This document shows, piece by piece, positions 26,451 to 35,864 of a DNA stretch of 64,000 nt. The stretch is taken from positions 11,204 through 75,203 of IMG/VR virus record IMGVR_UViG_3300002461_001194. The stretch is one strand, 5' to 3'. Numbering within the stretch: the first letter of the stretch is position 1; each line of letters starts with the position of its first letter. The notes beneath the pieces are model-generated. The model was not told where the DNA came from. It was given only the letters and a program-made list of their open reading frames with translations, and did no database searches. A program made the position numbers and the translations under genes. This DNA comes from a virus.

Positions 26451-26599
26451 TCACTTTCAATGACCTCGACGCGCTCGCACTTCCTGCACATGCGATGCGG
26501 TGTGCTCCATTCGAATATCTCGATCCACTTGTGACGACAGGCTTGATTGTCGCCCCGCCCGCTGATCTTCCGCCAAGCGTTCTGCAATGTCTCAAACAT
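26438..26599 (-). CDS. Small antisense Zn-ribbon-like protein (53 aa)
   Basis: CRHKW...CRKC; AAGGGGG SD; convergent overlap with the spike gene. Confidence 0.55.
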   Translation of the reverse strand: MFETLQNAWRKISGRGDNQACRHKWIEIFEWSTPHRMCRKCERVEVIESDQNS

Positions 26600-26707
26600 G
26601 CGTCCCCCTTTCAAAATGCCCCCACACCATAGCCGGGAACGCAACGCTTGACCATCTACGGTCCCGCTTTTCAATTCTAACCCCTACTGTCAACCCAAGG
26701 CCACTCT

Positions 26708-27046
26708 ATGCCTCTTGATCACGATAACGGCGAGACCATCCCCGACCTGGGCCCAGGCTTCGTTGTCGCCAAGGGAAAGCAGAAAGACTACTGGAAGCAT
26801 ACGTCTCTGTGGGGTGAAGCCTGCAAGGATGCCGCCCGCGTCTTCCACGCTGAAGGTGCGCTTCTCCCCGTCACCTTCGACGACCGCCAGATCCTCGTCC
26901 AGGAATACCCTCGAGACAGGAAGCTGGTGTTCATCTTCTGCCGCCCCGTCGCCCAAAGGGAACTGTTCCACATCTTCACCTTCGATCTCCCGCCCGAAAT
27001 GATCGCGGAATTGAAGGCCACTGGAAAGTGGCAACACAGCCACTGA
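26708..27046 (+). CDS. Hypothetical protein
   Basis: 112 aa with strong C-ending codon bias. Confidence 0.75.
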   Translation: MPLDHDNGETIPDLGPGFVVAKGKQKDYWKHTSLWGEACKDAARVFHAEGALLPVTFDDRQILVQEYPRDRKLVFIFCRPVAQRELFHIFTFDLPPEMIAELKATGKWQHSH

Positions 27047-27160
27047 ACACCGAAACACCGACGAACTCCCCCAACCGTGGCGGTCTCGATCGCCGTCAGC
27101 GGACAGTAACCCGTGCGTCCATCTCCTTAGCAACAGCAACAGCACGAAGTGGAGAACACC

Positions 27161-27988
27161 ATGTCTATCGACCTCATCGGCACGTCCATTCACGGCAAGC
27201 GCCTCGGCCTCGGCCACGTTCACGGGCAGCTCATCCTCGACGGCAGCCTCATCGCGGGCGGCGACGACTCGCCGATCTGGCGCGGCGCCCCTGGCCTTGG
27301 CGTAGACCCCATCTATGCCTACCACCTGTTCGACGACTTCCTTCAGCCGGCCAGCGCCACGCAGTCGGACGTCATGGCGTGGACGTCGCTTGACGACGCG
27401 GGCACCGGCACGAACGCATTCCAGGATGTTCCGGGCGGTGTATACAACGTCGTTACCGCAGCCGCGGACAACGACTATCACGCCTTCAGCTCTGTTGCCG
27501 AGAACTGGACCTTTGCCGCCGGCAAGAAGCTGTGGTTCGAGGCGCGCTTCAAGGTCGCCGAGGCGACGGTGCTCGAATCGACGTGGTGGTTCGGACTCAT
27601 GGATACCCTGACCACGGGTGGCATGCAGGCCAACGCGGCCGGCCCGCTCGCCTCCTATGACGGCGCCCTGATCTTCAAGACTCCTGAGACGGCGATGACG
27701 GTCAACTTCGAGACCTCCAACGCCGGCACTCAGAGCACCCTCAGCGCCTTCGCCACTGCGGTTACGGACACCTGGCACCGTTGCGGCTTCTACTTCGATG
27801 GCGCTGCGACGACGTCGTACCTCACGCCATACTTCCACACGGGGTCGGCCTGGGTCCGTGGCACGCCGCAGCCGATCACCCTCTCCGGCCTCGAGGCGTG
27901 CCATATAGTTGCGGGCATCAAGGCTGGGCCCACTGCTGCTGCCGAAACGCTGCAGATCGACTACATCCGCTGCACTCAGTTGCGTTAA
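27161..27988 (+). CDS. Concanavalin A/laminin G-like beta-sandwich, probable abundant virion protein
   Basis: LFDDFL...WFEARFKV...DTWHRCGFYFDG...QIDYI; GGAG SD; strong codon bias; own terminator. Confidence 0.75.
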   Translation: MSIDLIGTSIHGKRLGLGHVHGQLILDGSLIAGGDDSPIWRGAPGLGVDPIYAYHLFDDFLQPASATQSDVMAWTSLDDAGTGTNAFQDVPGGVYNVVTAAADNDYHAFSSVAENWTFAAGKKLWFEARFKVAEATVLESTWWFGLMDTLTTGGMQANAAGPLASYDGALIFKTPETAMTVNFETSNAGTQSTLSAFATAVTDTWHRCGFYFDGAATTSYLTPYFHTGSAWVRGTPQPITLSGLEACHIVAGIKAGPTAAAETLQIDYIRCTQLR

Positions 27989-28007
27989 CCCACTCAAACC
28001 AAAGGGA

Positions 28008-28040
28008 AGGGCCCGGTCTCAAGCCGGGCCCTCTTCATTT
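28008..28040 (+). terminator. Intrinsic terminator
   Basis: AGGGCCCGG / CCGGGCCCT plus CTTCATTT. Confidence 0.65.
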
Positions 28041-28044
28041 CACC

Positions 28045-28224
28045 ATGTCCATCAAGAACGTCCTCGACGGCGGCTCCTTCCGCACACGTCACATCCACAA
28101 GTGCCGCAACGTGCACCAGGTCAAGATCGTCGAGGTTAAGACGACTGTATGGGTCGATCGTCCCGGCCGCGGCTACGCCGAGCGCCAGCGTGCCAAGCGC
28201 GCCGGTCTAAGGCTGGCAGCGTAA
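28045..28224 (+). CDS. Small basic protein (59 aa)
   Basis: MSIKNVLDGGSFRTRHIHKC... Confidence 0.5.
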   Translation: MSIKNVLDGGSFRTRHIHKCRNVHQVKIVEVKTTVWVDRPGRGYAERQRAKRAGLRLAA

Positions 28225-28236
28225 GGAGATCACCCC

Positions 28237-28935
28237 ATGGCCCGCAAGCCGTCTCCTGCCTCAGTAAAGGCCGCCTCTGACCGTGCGGAGAAGAGGGCAA
28301 AGGGAGAGCCGATCACGGAGCCAAAGGTGCTCATTGATCCCCCTGTCGAGCCCACCGTCGACACCCCTCGCTCAGAGCGTAGAGATACCGCAGGACGGTT
28401 CACTAAGGGATGGAAGGGTGGCGGGCGCAAGACGAAGTACACGGAGCCACTGGGTCGCGCCATCTGCAAGATGTTGGCCAGTGGCATGACACTGAACCAA
28501 GTTTGCCAACGTCCCAACATGCCAGATGAACGCAGAGTTCGAGCCTGGGCATCAGATGTTGACCACCCATTTTCGCCTAAATACCTGCGCGCACGGGAGC
28601 TTGGCTATCTCAAGATGGCCGATGATCTTGTCGACATATCGGATGACGGCACGAATGACTGGATGGAACGCAAGCGCGGCGAAGATACGATTACCGTTGT
28701 TGATCACGAACACATCGCGCGCTCAAAACTCCGCATCGACACCCGCAAGTGGCTGCTGAGCAAGGCACTGCCCAAGATTTACGGCGACAAGACCGCTCAT
28801 GAGGTTTCCGGGCCCGATGGTGGGCCGATTGAGACCAAGGAGACGACGGACCTCGAGACGGCCCGCAAGGTCGCCTTCATGCTTGGGCGCGCTGTAGGCC
28901 GCAGCGAAACGGCAAAAGATGACGCTGCTACTTGA
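28237..28935 (+). CDS. terS: Terminase small subunit
   Basis: TKYTEPLGRAICKMLASGMTLNQVC...IDTRKWLLSKALPKIYGDK; directly upstream of TerL. Confidence 0.9.
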   Translation: MARKPSPASVKAASDRAEKRAKGEPITEPKVLIDPPVEPTVDTPRSERRDTAGRFTKGWKGGGRKTKYTEPLGRAICKMLASGMTLNQVCQRPNMPDERRVRAWASDVDHPFSPKYLRARELGYLKMADDLVDISDDGTNDWMERKRGEDTITVVDHEHIARSKLRIDTRKWLLSKALPKIYGDKTAHEVSGPDGGPIETKETTDLETARKVAFMLGRAVGRSETAKDDAAT

Positions 28936-30508
28936 TGACCTGATCGGTCGTATCCAGGGGCTCGCTCCCGACGACCGCAAGGAACTCGACCGGATGGCCG
29001 ACGAGGCCACCAAAGGTCTCAAATGGATTCCTAACCCCGGCCCCCAATCCGATGCGTTCGACTGCAAAGCCGACGTGCTTCTGTACGGTGGTCAGGGTGG
29101 CGGCGGGAAATCGGATCTTGGCCTCGGCTTAGCGTTCACTACGCACAAGCGGTCCCTAGTCCTACGCCGGCAGTATTCCAACCTCTCGGCGCTCACAGAG
29201 CGAGCGCTCGAAATTAACGGTTCACGGACGGGCTACAACGGCTCGCCCCCGCCCCTGCTTCGCACGGATGACGGCCGGTACATTCAGTTCGGCGCCAACC
29301 AGCACTTGGGCGACGAGCAGGCATGGCAGGGCCACGCCTTCGACTACAAGTATTTCGACGAGGCCGTTCAGTTCCTCGAGCAGCAGGTCAGGTTCCATCT
29401 AGGTTGGTTACGGTCGGTCGATCCAAAGCAACGCTGCCGCGCGGTGCTGGGCAGCAACCCGCCGATCGACGCATCGGGCGACTGGATCGTTGGGATGTTC
29501 CGGCCGTGGCTGGATATCACGCACCCCAACCCTGCCAAGCAAGGGGAGCTGAGGTGGTTTGTTACCGCTCCTGACGGCAGCGATGTTGAGGTGGCCGGTC
29601 CTGAACCAGTGCAGTTGCCGGGCGCAAAGGACCCGGCGCAGCCCACGTCGCGGACATTCATCCCCGCGGCACTGAAGGACAACCCGTTCCTCGTTCGCAC
29701 GAACTACCAGGCCAAGCTGGACGCCTTGCCCGAACCGCTGCGCTCCGCGGTGCGCGACGGCAACTTCATGGCCGCCCGGTCGGACGCTCAGTTTCAGGTG
29801 ATCCCGACCCAGTGGGTGATCGAGGCTCAAGCGCGCTGGCGCCCTGACGGCGGTAAGGGGTTCCAGATGACCGCCATGGCGCTGGACCCTGCTGGCGGCG
29901 GCAAGGATGCCGAAGAGCTCTGCTGGCGCAACGGGAACTGGTACTCGGAAATCATCAGCGCCAAGGGCGAGAAGACGGCCGGCGCTCAGGGCGCGACGAC
30001 GGCGATATTTCTCAACAGGCGCGACAACGCCCCAGTCGTCATCGATGCAGGCGGTGGCTACGCGGGCGCTGTCATCGAGCGCCTGAATGACAATTCGGTG
30101 CCCTACATCCGTTACAACGGCGCCGCGGCGGGCAGGGGCAAGACGAGGGACGCCGGCCTGCCTTTCGCGAACAAGCGAAGCGAGACGTTCTGGAAATTCC
30201 GCGAGGCTCTGGACCCGACCAAAGAGGGCGGATCTGACATCGCGTTGCCGCCCGATCCTGAACTGACCGCTGATCTGACAGCCCCCTGCCTCGATCCCAA
30301 GGCGCTCGAACAGCGTGGCGTGATCCAAGTCGAACCCAAAGAGAACCTGCGCAAGCGTCTCGGTCGCTCTCCCGGTAAGGGCGACGTGGTCGTGATGTGC
30401 TGGTCCGAAGGCGCCGCCGCGGTGCTCAAGGCCACACTCTCGGGCAATCAGGCCCGTTCCTCCTACGCCAACGTCGGCCACTCACACGTCAAATCGAGAA
30501 GAGGATAG
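28919..30508 (+). CDS. terL: Terminase large subunit
   Basis: Walker A YGGQGGGGKS, Walker B YFDEA, nuclease ALDPAGGG, GDVVVM. Confidence 0.95.
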   Translation: MTLLLDDLIGRIQGLAPDDRKELDRMADEATKGLKWIPNPGPQSDAFDCKADVLLYGGQGGGGKSDLGLGLAFTTHKRSLVLRRQYSNLSALTERALEINGSRTGYNGSPPPLLRTDDGRYIQFGANQHLGDEQAWQGHAFDYKYFDEAVQFLEQQVRFHLGWLRSVDPKQRCRAVLGSNPPIDASGDWIVGMFRPWLDITHPNPAKQGELRWFVTAPDGSDVEVAGPEPVQLPGAKDPAQPTSRTFIPAALKDNPFLVRTNYQAKLDALPEPLRSAVRDGNFMAARSDAQFQVIPTQWVIEAQARWRPDGGKGFQMTAMALDPAGGGKDAEELCWRNGNWYSEIISAKGEKTAGAQGATTAIFLNRRDNAPVVIDAGGGYAGAVIERLNDNSVPYIRYNGAAAGRGKTRDAGLPFANKRSETFWKFREALDPTKEGGSDIALPPDPELTADLTAPCLDPKALEQRGVIQVEPKENLRKRLGRSPGKGDVVVMCWSEGAAAVLKATLSGNQARSSYANVGHSHVKSRRG

Positions 30509-30512
30509 ACCA

Positions 30513-30701
30513 ATGGCTGAGTTGTTCAAATCGCCAAAGATCGCCAAGCCGACCCCGATTCCCGATCAGGACAGCCCGGCTGCTCTCGAAGCGCGCCGCC
30601 GCAAACTCGAGGAACGCTCGGCTGAAGGTGGGCGCGAGTCCACGTCTCGCGTTCCTTCGATGGGTGATTACGTCGGCACCAAGCTCGGATCGGGCACCTG
30701 A
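30513..30701 (+). CDS. Small pre-portal protein
   Basis: 62 aa between TerL and portal, as in T7/BPP-1-like modules. Confidence 0.75.
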   Translation: MAELFKSPKIAKPTPIPDQDSPAALEARRRKLEERSAEGGRESTSRVPSMGDYVGTKLGSGT

Positions 30702-30703
30702 TC

Positions 30704-32464
30704 ATGGCCGATGCCCGCGCCAAGGAATTGCTCGACATTGGCGACCGCCAGTTCACCAAGCGACAGCCGTTGATGGGCCTGTGGCAGGAGACCGCCGACA
30801 ACTTCTTTTCCGTGCGCGCGCACTTCACCCGTGAGCCGCAAATCGGTGAGAACTTCGGCGATCACCAGTACGACAGCTACCCCGAGCTTCTGCGGCGCAT
30901 GTTGGGCGATTCGGTCTCGGCCATGCTCCGCCCTCGCGATAGGCCTTGGTACAAGACGATCACGGGCATCGAGCGCGTCGACAAGGATACCGGCAACAAG
31001 CGCGTCCTCGAGGAAGTCACCAACCGGATGCGTCGCCGGATGTACCATTCCAAGTCAGGCTTTATCGGCGCGACCAAGAAGACCGACCACGATTTCATGA
31101 CGTTCGGCCAAGGCGTGATCCAGGTCGACGAGAACGAAACCCGCGACCGGATGTTCCTGAAGAATTTCCACCTCGCCAACGTCTGTTGGCTGGAAAATTC
31201 CGAGCAGGAAATCGACCACGCGCACATCAAGGACAAGATGTCGGCGCGGCAGATGCGCAGTAAGTTTGGTGACAAGTCGCTCCATCCGTCTGTCAAGAGG
31301 GCGTGCGAGAAGGAGCCTGACCGGCCCTTCAACTATCGCATCGTCATCCTGCCGACGGAAGAATACGACTACCGCAAGTCCAGCCGCTTCAAGGATAACG
31401 ACGAGAAGCGCCGCCAGTCCGGGGGCAAGAAGCTTCCGTTCATCGCCTGCTACGTCGACTCGGACAACAACCACGTCATCGACGAGGCACCGCGGCTGCT
31501 GTTCCCGCTGGTTATCCCGCGGTGGGTCCGCCTTGACGGCAGCGCTTATGCCTTCTCGCCTGCAACCACGATTGCGCTCCCCGATGGACGCTTGATCCAG
31601 CAGCTTGCTCGCATCCTGCTTGAAGCCGGAGAGAAGGCAATCGATCCGCCAATGGTGGCAGATCACGAGTCGACGTCAAGCGGTGTCAACCTCGGTGCAG
31701 GACGCGTCACCTACGTTCAGGCAGATGCCCAGCGCAAGGTTTCCGACCTGCTGCAGGCCATCGACATCCGTTACGACCTCAATGCCGGTCTCGCCTTCCG
31801 CCAGGATCTGCGGGAGATGCTGACCAAGGCCTTCTATATCGACAAGCTGACGCTTCCGCCCGTCGAGGGCGAGAAGATGACGGCCTTCGAGGTGGGACGC
31901 CGGCTGGAAGAGTTCGTCCGCCAGGCGCTCCCGCTCTTCGAGCCCATGGAAGACGAGTACAATTCCAAGCTGCTCGATGCGATCTATGCGCAGCTCGAGG
32001 TGCTGGGCGAGTTCAACGATCTCGAACTCACGCCAGACCTGCGCGCCGCCGAGATCAAGTGGCAGTTCGAGTCGCCGATCCAGACCGCCAGCAACCGCAT
32101 GATGGTCGAGAAATTCGGCGAGGCGCTGAAACTCCACGCCACGGGCAAAGAGTTTGGCGCCACGTCCCGCCTCAACCTCGAACAGGCACTGTCCGACGCC
32201 ATGACCGGCACGGATATGCCGGCGACGTGGAACATGACGGACGACGAGTGGGAAGCGGCGAAGCAGGCCGAACAGCAACAGCAGCAGATGGCCGCGCTTG
32301 CGGCACAGGCTGCCCAAGCCGCTGAGATCGCGGGCCAGGTGGGCGAGGCCGGCCAGAAGCTTCAGGAGGGTGGCGTGCTCGATGCGATCGGCAGCCAGAA
32401 GGCCCTACCGGCACCGTCCGATCCTCGGATGGACGCGCTGCAAGCCATGTACGGAGCGGCATAG
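30704..32464 (+). CDS. Portal (head-tail connector, T7 gp8-like)
   Basis: 586 aa; RPRDRPWY, PRW...AYAFSP, KMTAFEV, C-terminal Q/A-rich tail. Confidence 0.92.
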   Translation: MADARAKELLDIGDRQFTKRQPLMGLWQETADNFFSVRAHFTREPQIGENFGDHQYDSYPELLRRMLGDSVSAMLRPRDRPWYKTITGIERVDKDTGNKRVLEEVTNRMRRRMYHSKSGFIGATKKTDHDFMTFGQGVIQVDENETRDRMFLKNFHLANVCWLENSEQEIDHAHIKDKMSARQMRSKFGDKSLHPSVKRACEKEPDRPFNYRIVILPTEEYDYRKSSRFKDNDEKRRQSGGKKLPFIACYVDSDNNHVIDEAPRLLFPLVIPRWVRLDGSAYAFSPATTIALPDGRLIQQLARILLEAGEKAIDPPMVADHESTSSGVNLGAGRVTYVQADAQRKVSDLLQAIDIRYDLNAGLAFRQDLREMLTKAFYIDKLTLPPVEGEKMTAFEVGRRLEEFVRQALPLFEPMEDEYNSKLLDAIYAQLEVLGEFNDLELTPDLRAAEIKWQFESPIQTASNRMMVEKFGEALKLHATGKEFGATSRLNLEQALSDAMTGTDMPATWNMTDDEWEAAKQAEQQQQQMAALAAQAAQAAEIAGQVGEAGQKLQEGGVLDAIGSQKALPAPSDPRMDALQAMYGAA

Positions 32465-32467
32465 CCT

Positions 32468-32788
32468 ATGGCCTGGGAACCCAGAGAAAACGTCGTCGAT
32501 GCTCCGGATATCGATGAAGCCGTGATTTACGCGTTCCGCGCCCTCTTCACGGGGACGGCCAACCAAGGTCAGCAGCAGACCGTCGTTGCGTGGCTGCAGT
32601 ACGTGTGTGGCGACAAGGACCAGTCTTTCCGACTGGGCGGTGAGGATGGTCGCCGTGCCTCGGATTTTGCCGAGGGGAAACGCTGGGTCTACGCGCAGAT
32701 CGATCACTTGATGTCGGTCGCTGCATTGGACCGGGCAAAGAAGATTGAACTCGCAAAGATAGCGAAATCGAAAACCAAGGACCGATAG
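32468..32788 (+). CDS. Bbp19-like protein
   Basis: SDFAEGKRWV motif; position between portal and scaffold. Confidence 0.75.
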   Translation: MAWEPRENVVDAPDIDEAVIYAFRALFTGTANQGQQQTVVAWLQYVCGDKDQSFRLGGEDGRRASDFAEGKRWVYAQIDHLMSVAALDRAKKIELAKIAKSKTKDR

Positions 32789-32792
32789 ACCA

Positions 32793-33824
32793 ATGCCCAA
32801 TGATGGAAGCGCGGTGGATACCGCCAATGCAACGTCGGCTGATACCAGCGCGGTCAAGGCGACGCCAGCAGTCGACAGCAAAGCCACCCCAGCGCCCGCT
32901 CAAGGGGCCGACAAGGGAACTCCGGTTACGAAGGCTCCTACCAAAGCCGACGCGTCCGACGATGGCGTGAGCCTCTACGACGAGAGCGATGCCGACGATA
33001 CCTTTGACAGCAAGGAACCGCCGAAGAAAACCACCACCGTCCAGGCCGACTGGCCGGATGACTGGCGCGAGCGCATGGCTGGCGAGGACGATAAGCTCCT
33101 GGCCCAGTTGAAGCGCCGCAAGAGCCCAGGCGACATCATCAAATCATGGCAGGCAGCCGAGCAGAAGATCCGCTCCGGCGAGTACAAGAAGGCCGCTCCC
33201 GATGAGGATGCGAGCCCCGAGGACGTCGCCGCATGGCGCGAGTCGCAGGGCATCCCCAAGGATGCCTCGGGCTACAAGCTGCCGACGGTTGCCGGGTACG
33301 AATGGAACGACGCTGATAAGGCCACGGTCGGCAAGCTCCAGGAAGGGCTGCTCGAAGCCGGCGCCAGCCAGAAAGCCTTCGAGACGACGATGAAGTTCTA
33401 TGTCGACATCGTCAACGAAGCCCGCGAGAATCGTGAACTCGCCCGCATCGCCGCGAAGGAAGCCCACGAGGACGCGCGCCGCGCCGAACATGGCGCCCTC
33501 TACAAACCGATGAACAATCTCGTCAACAGGCTGCTGAAAGACCCGAAGTTCATCTCGGATGATGTCGCAAAGGTGATGCTCGACCTCGAGTTGCCGGACG
33601 GCACGCCGTTGAAGCATTTCAAACCGTTTTCCCGTTGGCTCGATGACCAAGCCATAGGTCGCTATGGTGAAGGTGGGCTGAAGACGGGAGAAGAGGTCGC
33701 CGCGTTTAACAACCGCGAGGCCGAACTCGTCAAGATGATGAAGGACGATCCCGACCAGTACAATCGCACTGGTCGGAAAGAGCTTGCTGAACTCCGCGCC
33801 AAGAAGGGCGGAAGCCGCAAGTAA
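32793..33824 (+). CDS. Capsid scaffolding protein
   Basis: Acidic low-complexity N-terminus, PKDASGYKLP, position before the capsid gene. Confidence 0.8.
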   Translation: MPNDGSAVDTANATSADTSAVKATPAVDSKATPAPAQGADKGTPVTKAPTKADASDDGVSLYDESDADDTFDSKEPPKKTTTVQADWPDDWRERMAGEDDKLLAQLKRRKSPGDIIKSWQAAEQKIRSGEYKKAAPDEDASPEDVAAWRESQGIPKDASGYKLPTVAGYEWNDADKATVGKLQEGLLEAGASQKAFETTMKFYVDIVNEARENRELARIAAKEAHEDARRAEHGALYKPMNNLVNRLLKDPKFISDDVAKVMLDLELPDGTPLKHFKPFSRWLDDQAIGRYGEGGLKTGEEVAAFNNREAELVKMMKDDPDQYNRTGRKELAELRAKKGGSRK

Positions 33825-34049
33825 CACCCGACATCATCACCTGTAAGCACGCATCGTCGGCCACCCTGCGCAAGCAGCCCCGGCACCAGATGCGCGCGCG
33901 TAAACCGCAACACTGAAGCCCCGATCCCGTAGCACGCCCCGGCCCCGCTTTCGAGCGGCCACCCCGGCATGCGGCTCAGCGATTGGCCACCCTTACAGAA
34001 CGCGGCCCGAAGGCAAATCCCACATCCCAAACTCTGAAAGGAACACACC
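33825..34049 (+). ncRNA. Structured capsid leader with repeated GGCCACCC
   Basis: GGCCACCC at 33859, 33957 and 33985; several CCCCGG(C); no ORF. Confidence 0.4.
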
Positions 34050-34880
34050 ATGGCCTATACGGTCACGCAGTTCCGCGAAGAGACTGTGGCCGCCTACGAG
34101 CGCGACTACAGCATTCTTCGCGTCGGTTGCATCCAGGAGCACATGACCAACGGTAACATTGCGACCTTCCTGGTCGCTGGCTCCGGCAACAACCGCGCCA
34201 CCACGCGCGGCGTTAACGGTCAGATCGCCTACCAGACCCCTGACCGCAACCAGCACACGGCGACGCTCAAGGAATCCCACGGCACGTCTGAAGAGACGCG
34301 CTTTGATATGTTCCAGTCGCAGGGCAACCAGATCAGCATCATGCAGAAGGATGCGATCACCCAGCTCAACGTGGACATCGACGACGACATCATTGCTCAG
34401 CTTGACACGTTCACGCTGACCACTGGTTCGCCGACGACCGCCTCGCTCGCTATGGTCAACAAGGCCATCGCGATCCTGGGCAACAACAACGTCAAGACGG
34501 ACCAGGCGGACAAGATGTTCGCGGCGGTGACGCCCGGCTTCAACGCCTACCTGATGGCGATCCCCGAGTTTACCCGCTCGGATTACGTCGACGTCAAGCC
34601 GTTCGAGGGCCCGGTTCGCAAGATGCGTCGTTGGGCTGGCGTCAACTGGATGCTGCACACGGGCCTGACCGGCATCGGTACGGCCGACGAGTATTGCGTC
34701 ATGTGGCATCAGGACGCCATGGGCCACGCGGCCGACATGCCGACCGAGAAGATCGAAGCCGACTACGACAAGAAGCAGGACTCGTCGTGGTGCCGTGCGT
34801 CGCTCTTCCACGCAGCCAAGAAACTCCAGAACGTCGGCGGCATCATCATGCGCCACGACGGTTCGGCGTTCGCTGGCTGA
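34050..34880 (+). CDS. Major capsid protein
   Basis: 276 aa, strongest codon bias, follows scaffold, AAAGGAA SD. Confidence 0.88.
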   Translation: MAYTVTQFREETVAAYERDYSILRVGCIQEHMTNGNIATFLVAGSGNNRATTRGVNGQIAYQTPDRNQHTATLKESHGTSEETRFDMFQSQGNQISIMQKDAITQLNVDIDDDIIAQLDTFTLTTGSPTTASLAMVNKAIAILGNNNVKTDQADKMFAAVTPGFNAYLMAIPEFTRSDYVDVKPFEGPVRKMRRWAGVNWMLHTGLTGIGTADEYCVMWHQDAMGHAADMPTEKIEADYDKKQDSSWCRASLFHAAKKLQNVGGIIMRHDGSAFAG

Positions 34881-34916
34881 TCCTGACAGCACCCAAACCC
34901 TGAAAGGAACAGAACT

Positions 34917-35174
34917 ATGGCTTACGCAGTAACCCTCCCGCCCGTGCGCGTGGGCGGCGGCCTCGGCGCTGGTGGTTCGCTCTGGCTCTACAAGAGCGCA
35001 GACGTCCACACCGACGTCGATGCCGTCGGCTACTTCACCAATGGCTATGCCCTCGGCATGCGCCTCGGTGACGTGGTGTTCGTCGTTGAGACGGACAATT
35101 CCTACGTGCAGACCACGCACTCGGTGATCACCGCCACGGTTGATGGCGCCGTGACCATCAGCGCGGCGACCTGA
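34917..35174 (+). CDS. Capsid decoration/cement protein
   Basis: 85 aa beta-rich; leader CAAACCCTGAAAGGAACA nearly identical to that of the capsid gene. Confidence 0.7.
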   Translation: MAYAVTLPPVRVGGGLGAGGSLWLYKSADVHTDVDAVGYFTNGYALGMRLGDVVFVVETDNSYVQTTHSVITATVDGAVTISAAT

Positions 35175-35197
35175 TCTCAGATCAGCACGACAACGAA

Positions 35198-35231
35198 GCG
35201 GGCGGCTCATTGCGGGCCGCCCGTTTTCTTT
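35198..35231 (+). terminator. Intrinsic terminator after head genes
   Basis: GCGGGCGGCTC / GGGCCGCCCGT plus TTTCTTT. Confidence 0.8.
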
Positions 35232-35275
35232 CCCGATTTTATCTCATCGACTCCCTTCCAAGATAGGAACACCGA

Positions 35276-35845
35276 ATGTCTGAGACGACAACCCCCGCGG
35301 CTCCGGCTGCGGTAGCACCAGTCGAAGCACCCAAGGCGCGTGCCCGCTTGCTTCCGGCCAACTACGTTCGCATGAACGGCAACGACTTCGCATACCGCTC
35401 CTGGTACGTGAACGGCCTGCCGAATAACCACGAGTTCTCCGACCTCTTCCACCCCTACTACTGGTCTCTCACCCGCATCGTGAAAAACGATCTCGTGCGC
35501 GTCGTTGCAATCGACGGCTCGTGGGATGTCACGCTCAAGTGCGTAGAGACTGAGAACGGCGGCGGCGCCCACATGGAACTCTGGCCGAAGTTTCCGGCCG
35601 GGCTCGGCGGCTCCGGCTTTGGCGAGGTCATGTCGGCGGCGGCTGAGTCCACCGATGCGCTCGGCGCAGCGACGATGCCCCGCCTGATCAATGGCCAGCC
35701 TGTGCCACGTGTCGACCACACCGCGGCAACGCAGTGGCGCCTGATCGGCCTCAACGGCCATTCGATCAAGGAAGGCATGGACTCCAAGGCCAAGGCCGAC
35801 AAGGAGCTCGCGGCCTACGCCAAGCGCATGAAGATCGAACTCTGA
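35276..35845 (+). CDS. Hypothetical virion-associated protein
   Basis: 189 aa, AGGAA SD. Confidence 0.75.
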   Translation: MSETTTPAAPAAVAPVEAPKARARLLPANYVRMNGNDFAYRSWYVNGLPNNHEFSDLFHPYYWSLTRIVKNDLVRVVAIDGSWDVTLKCVETENGGGAHMELWPKFPAGLGGSGFGEVMSAAAESTDALGAATMPRLINGQPVPRVDHTAATQWRLIGLNGHSIKEGMDSKAKADKELAAYAKRMKIEL

Positions 35846-35864
35846 TCGATAGGGGCGTGCTGAA

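Noticed and set aside
26690-27997. Long antisense ORFs such as 26690-27997, 29408-30481, 44032-44877, 52546-53544 and 17175-18278
   Set aside because: Shadows of GC-rich genes on the other strand, with no recognisable SD or motifs and no reciprocal composition switch like that at 46350-46577.
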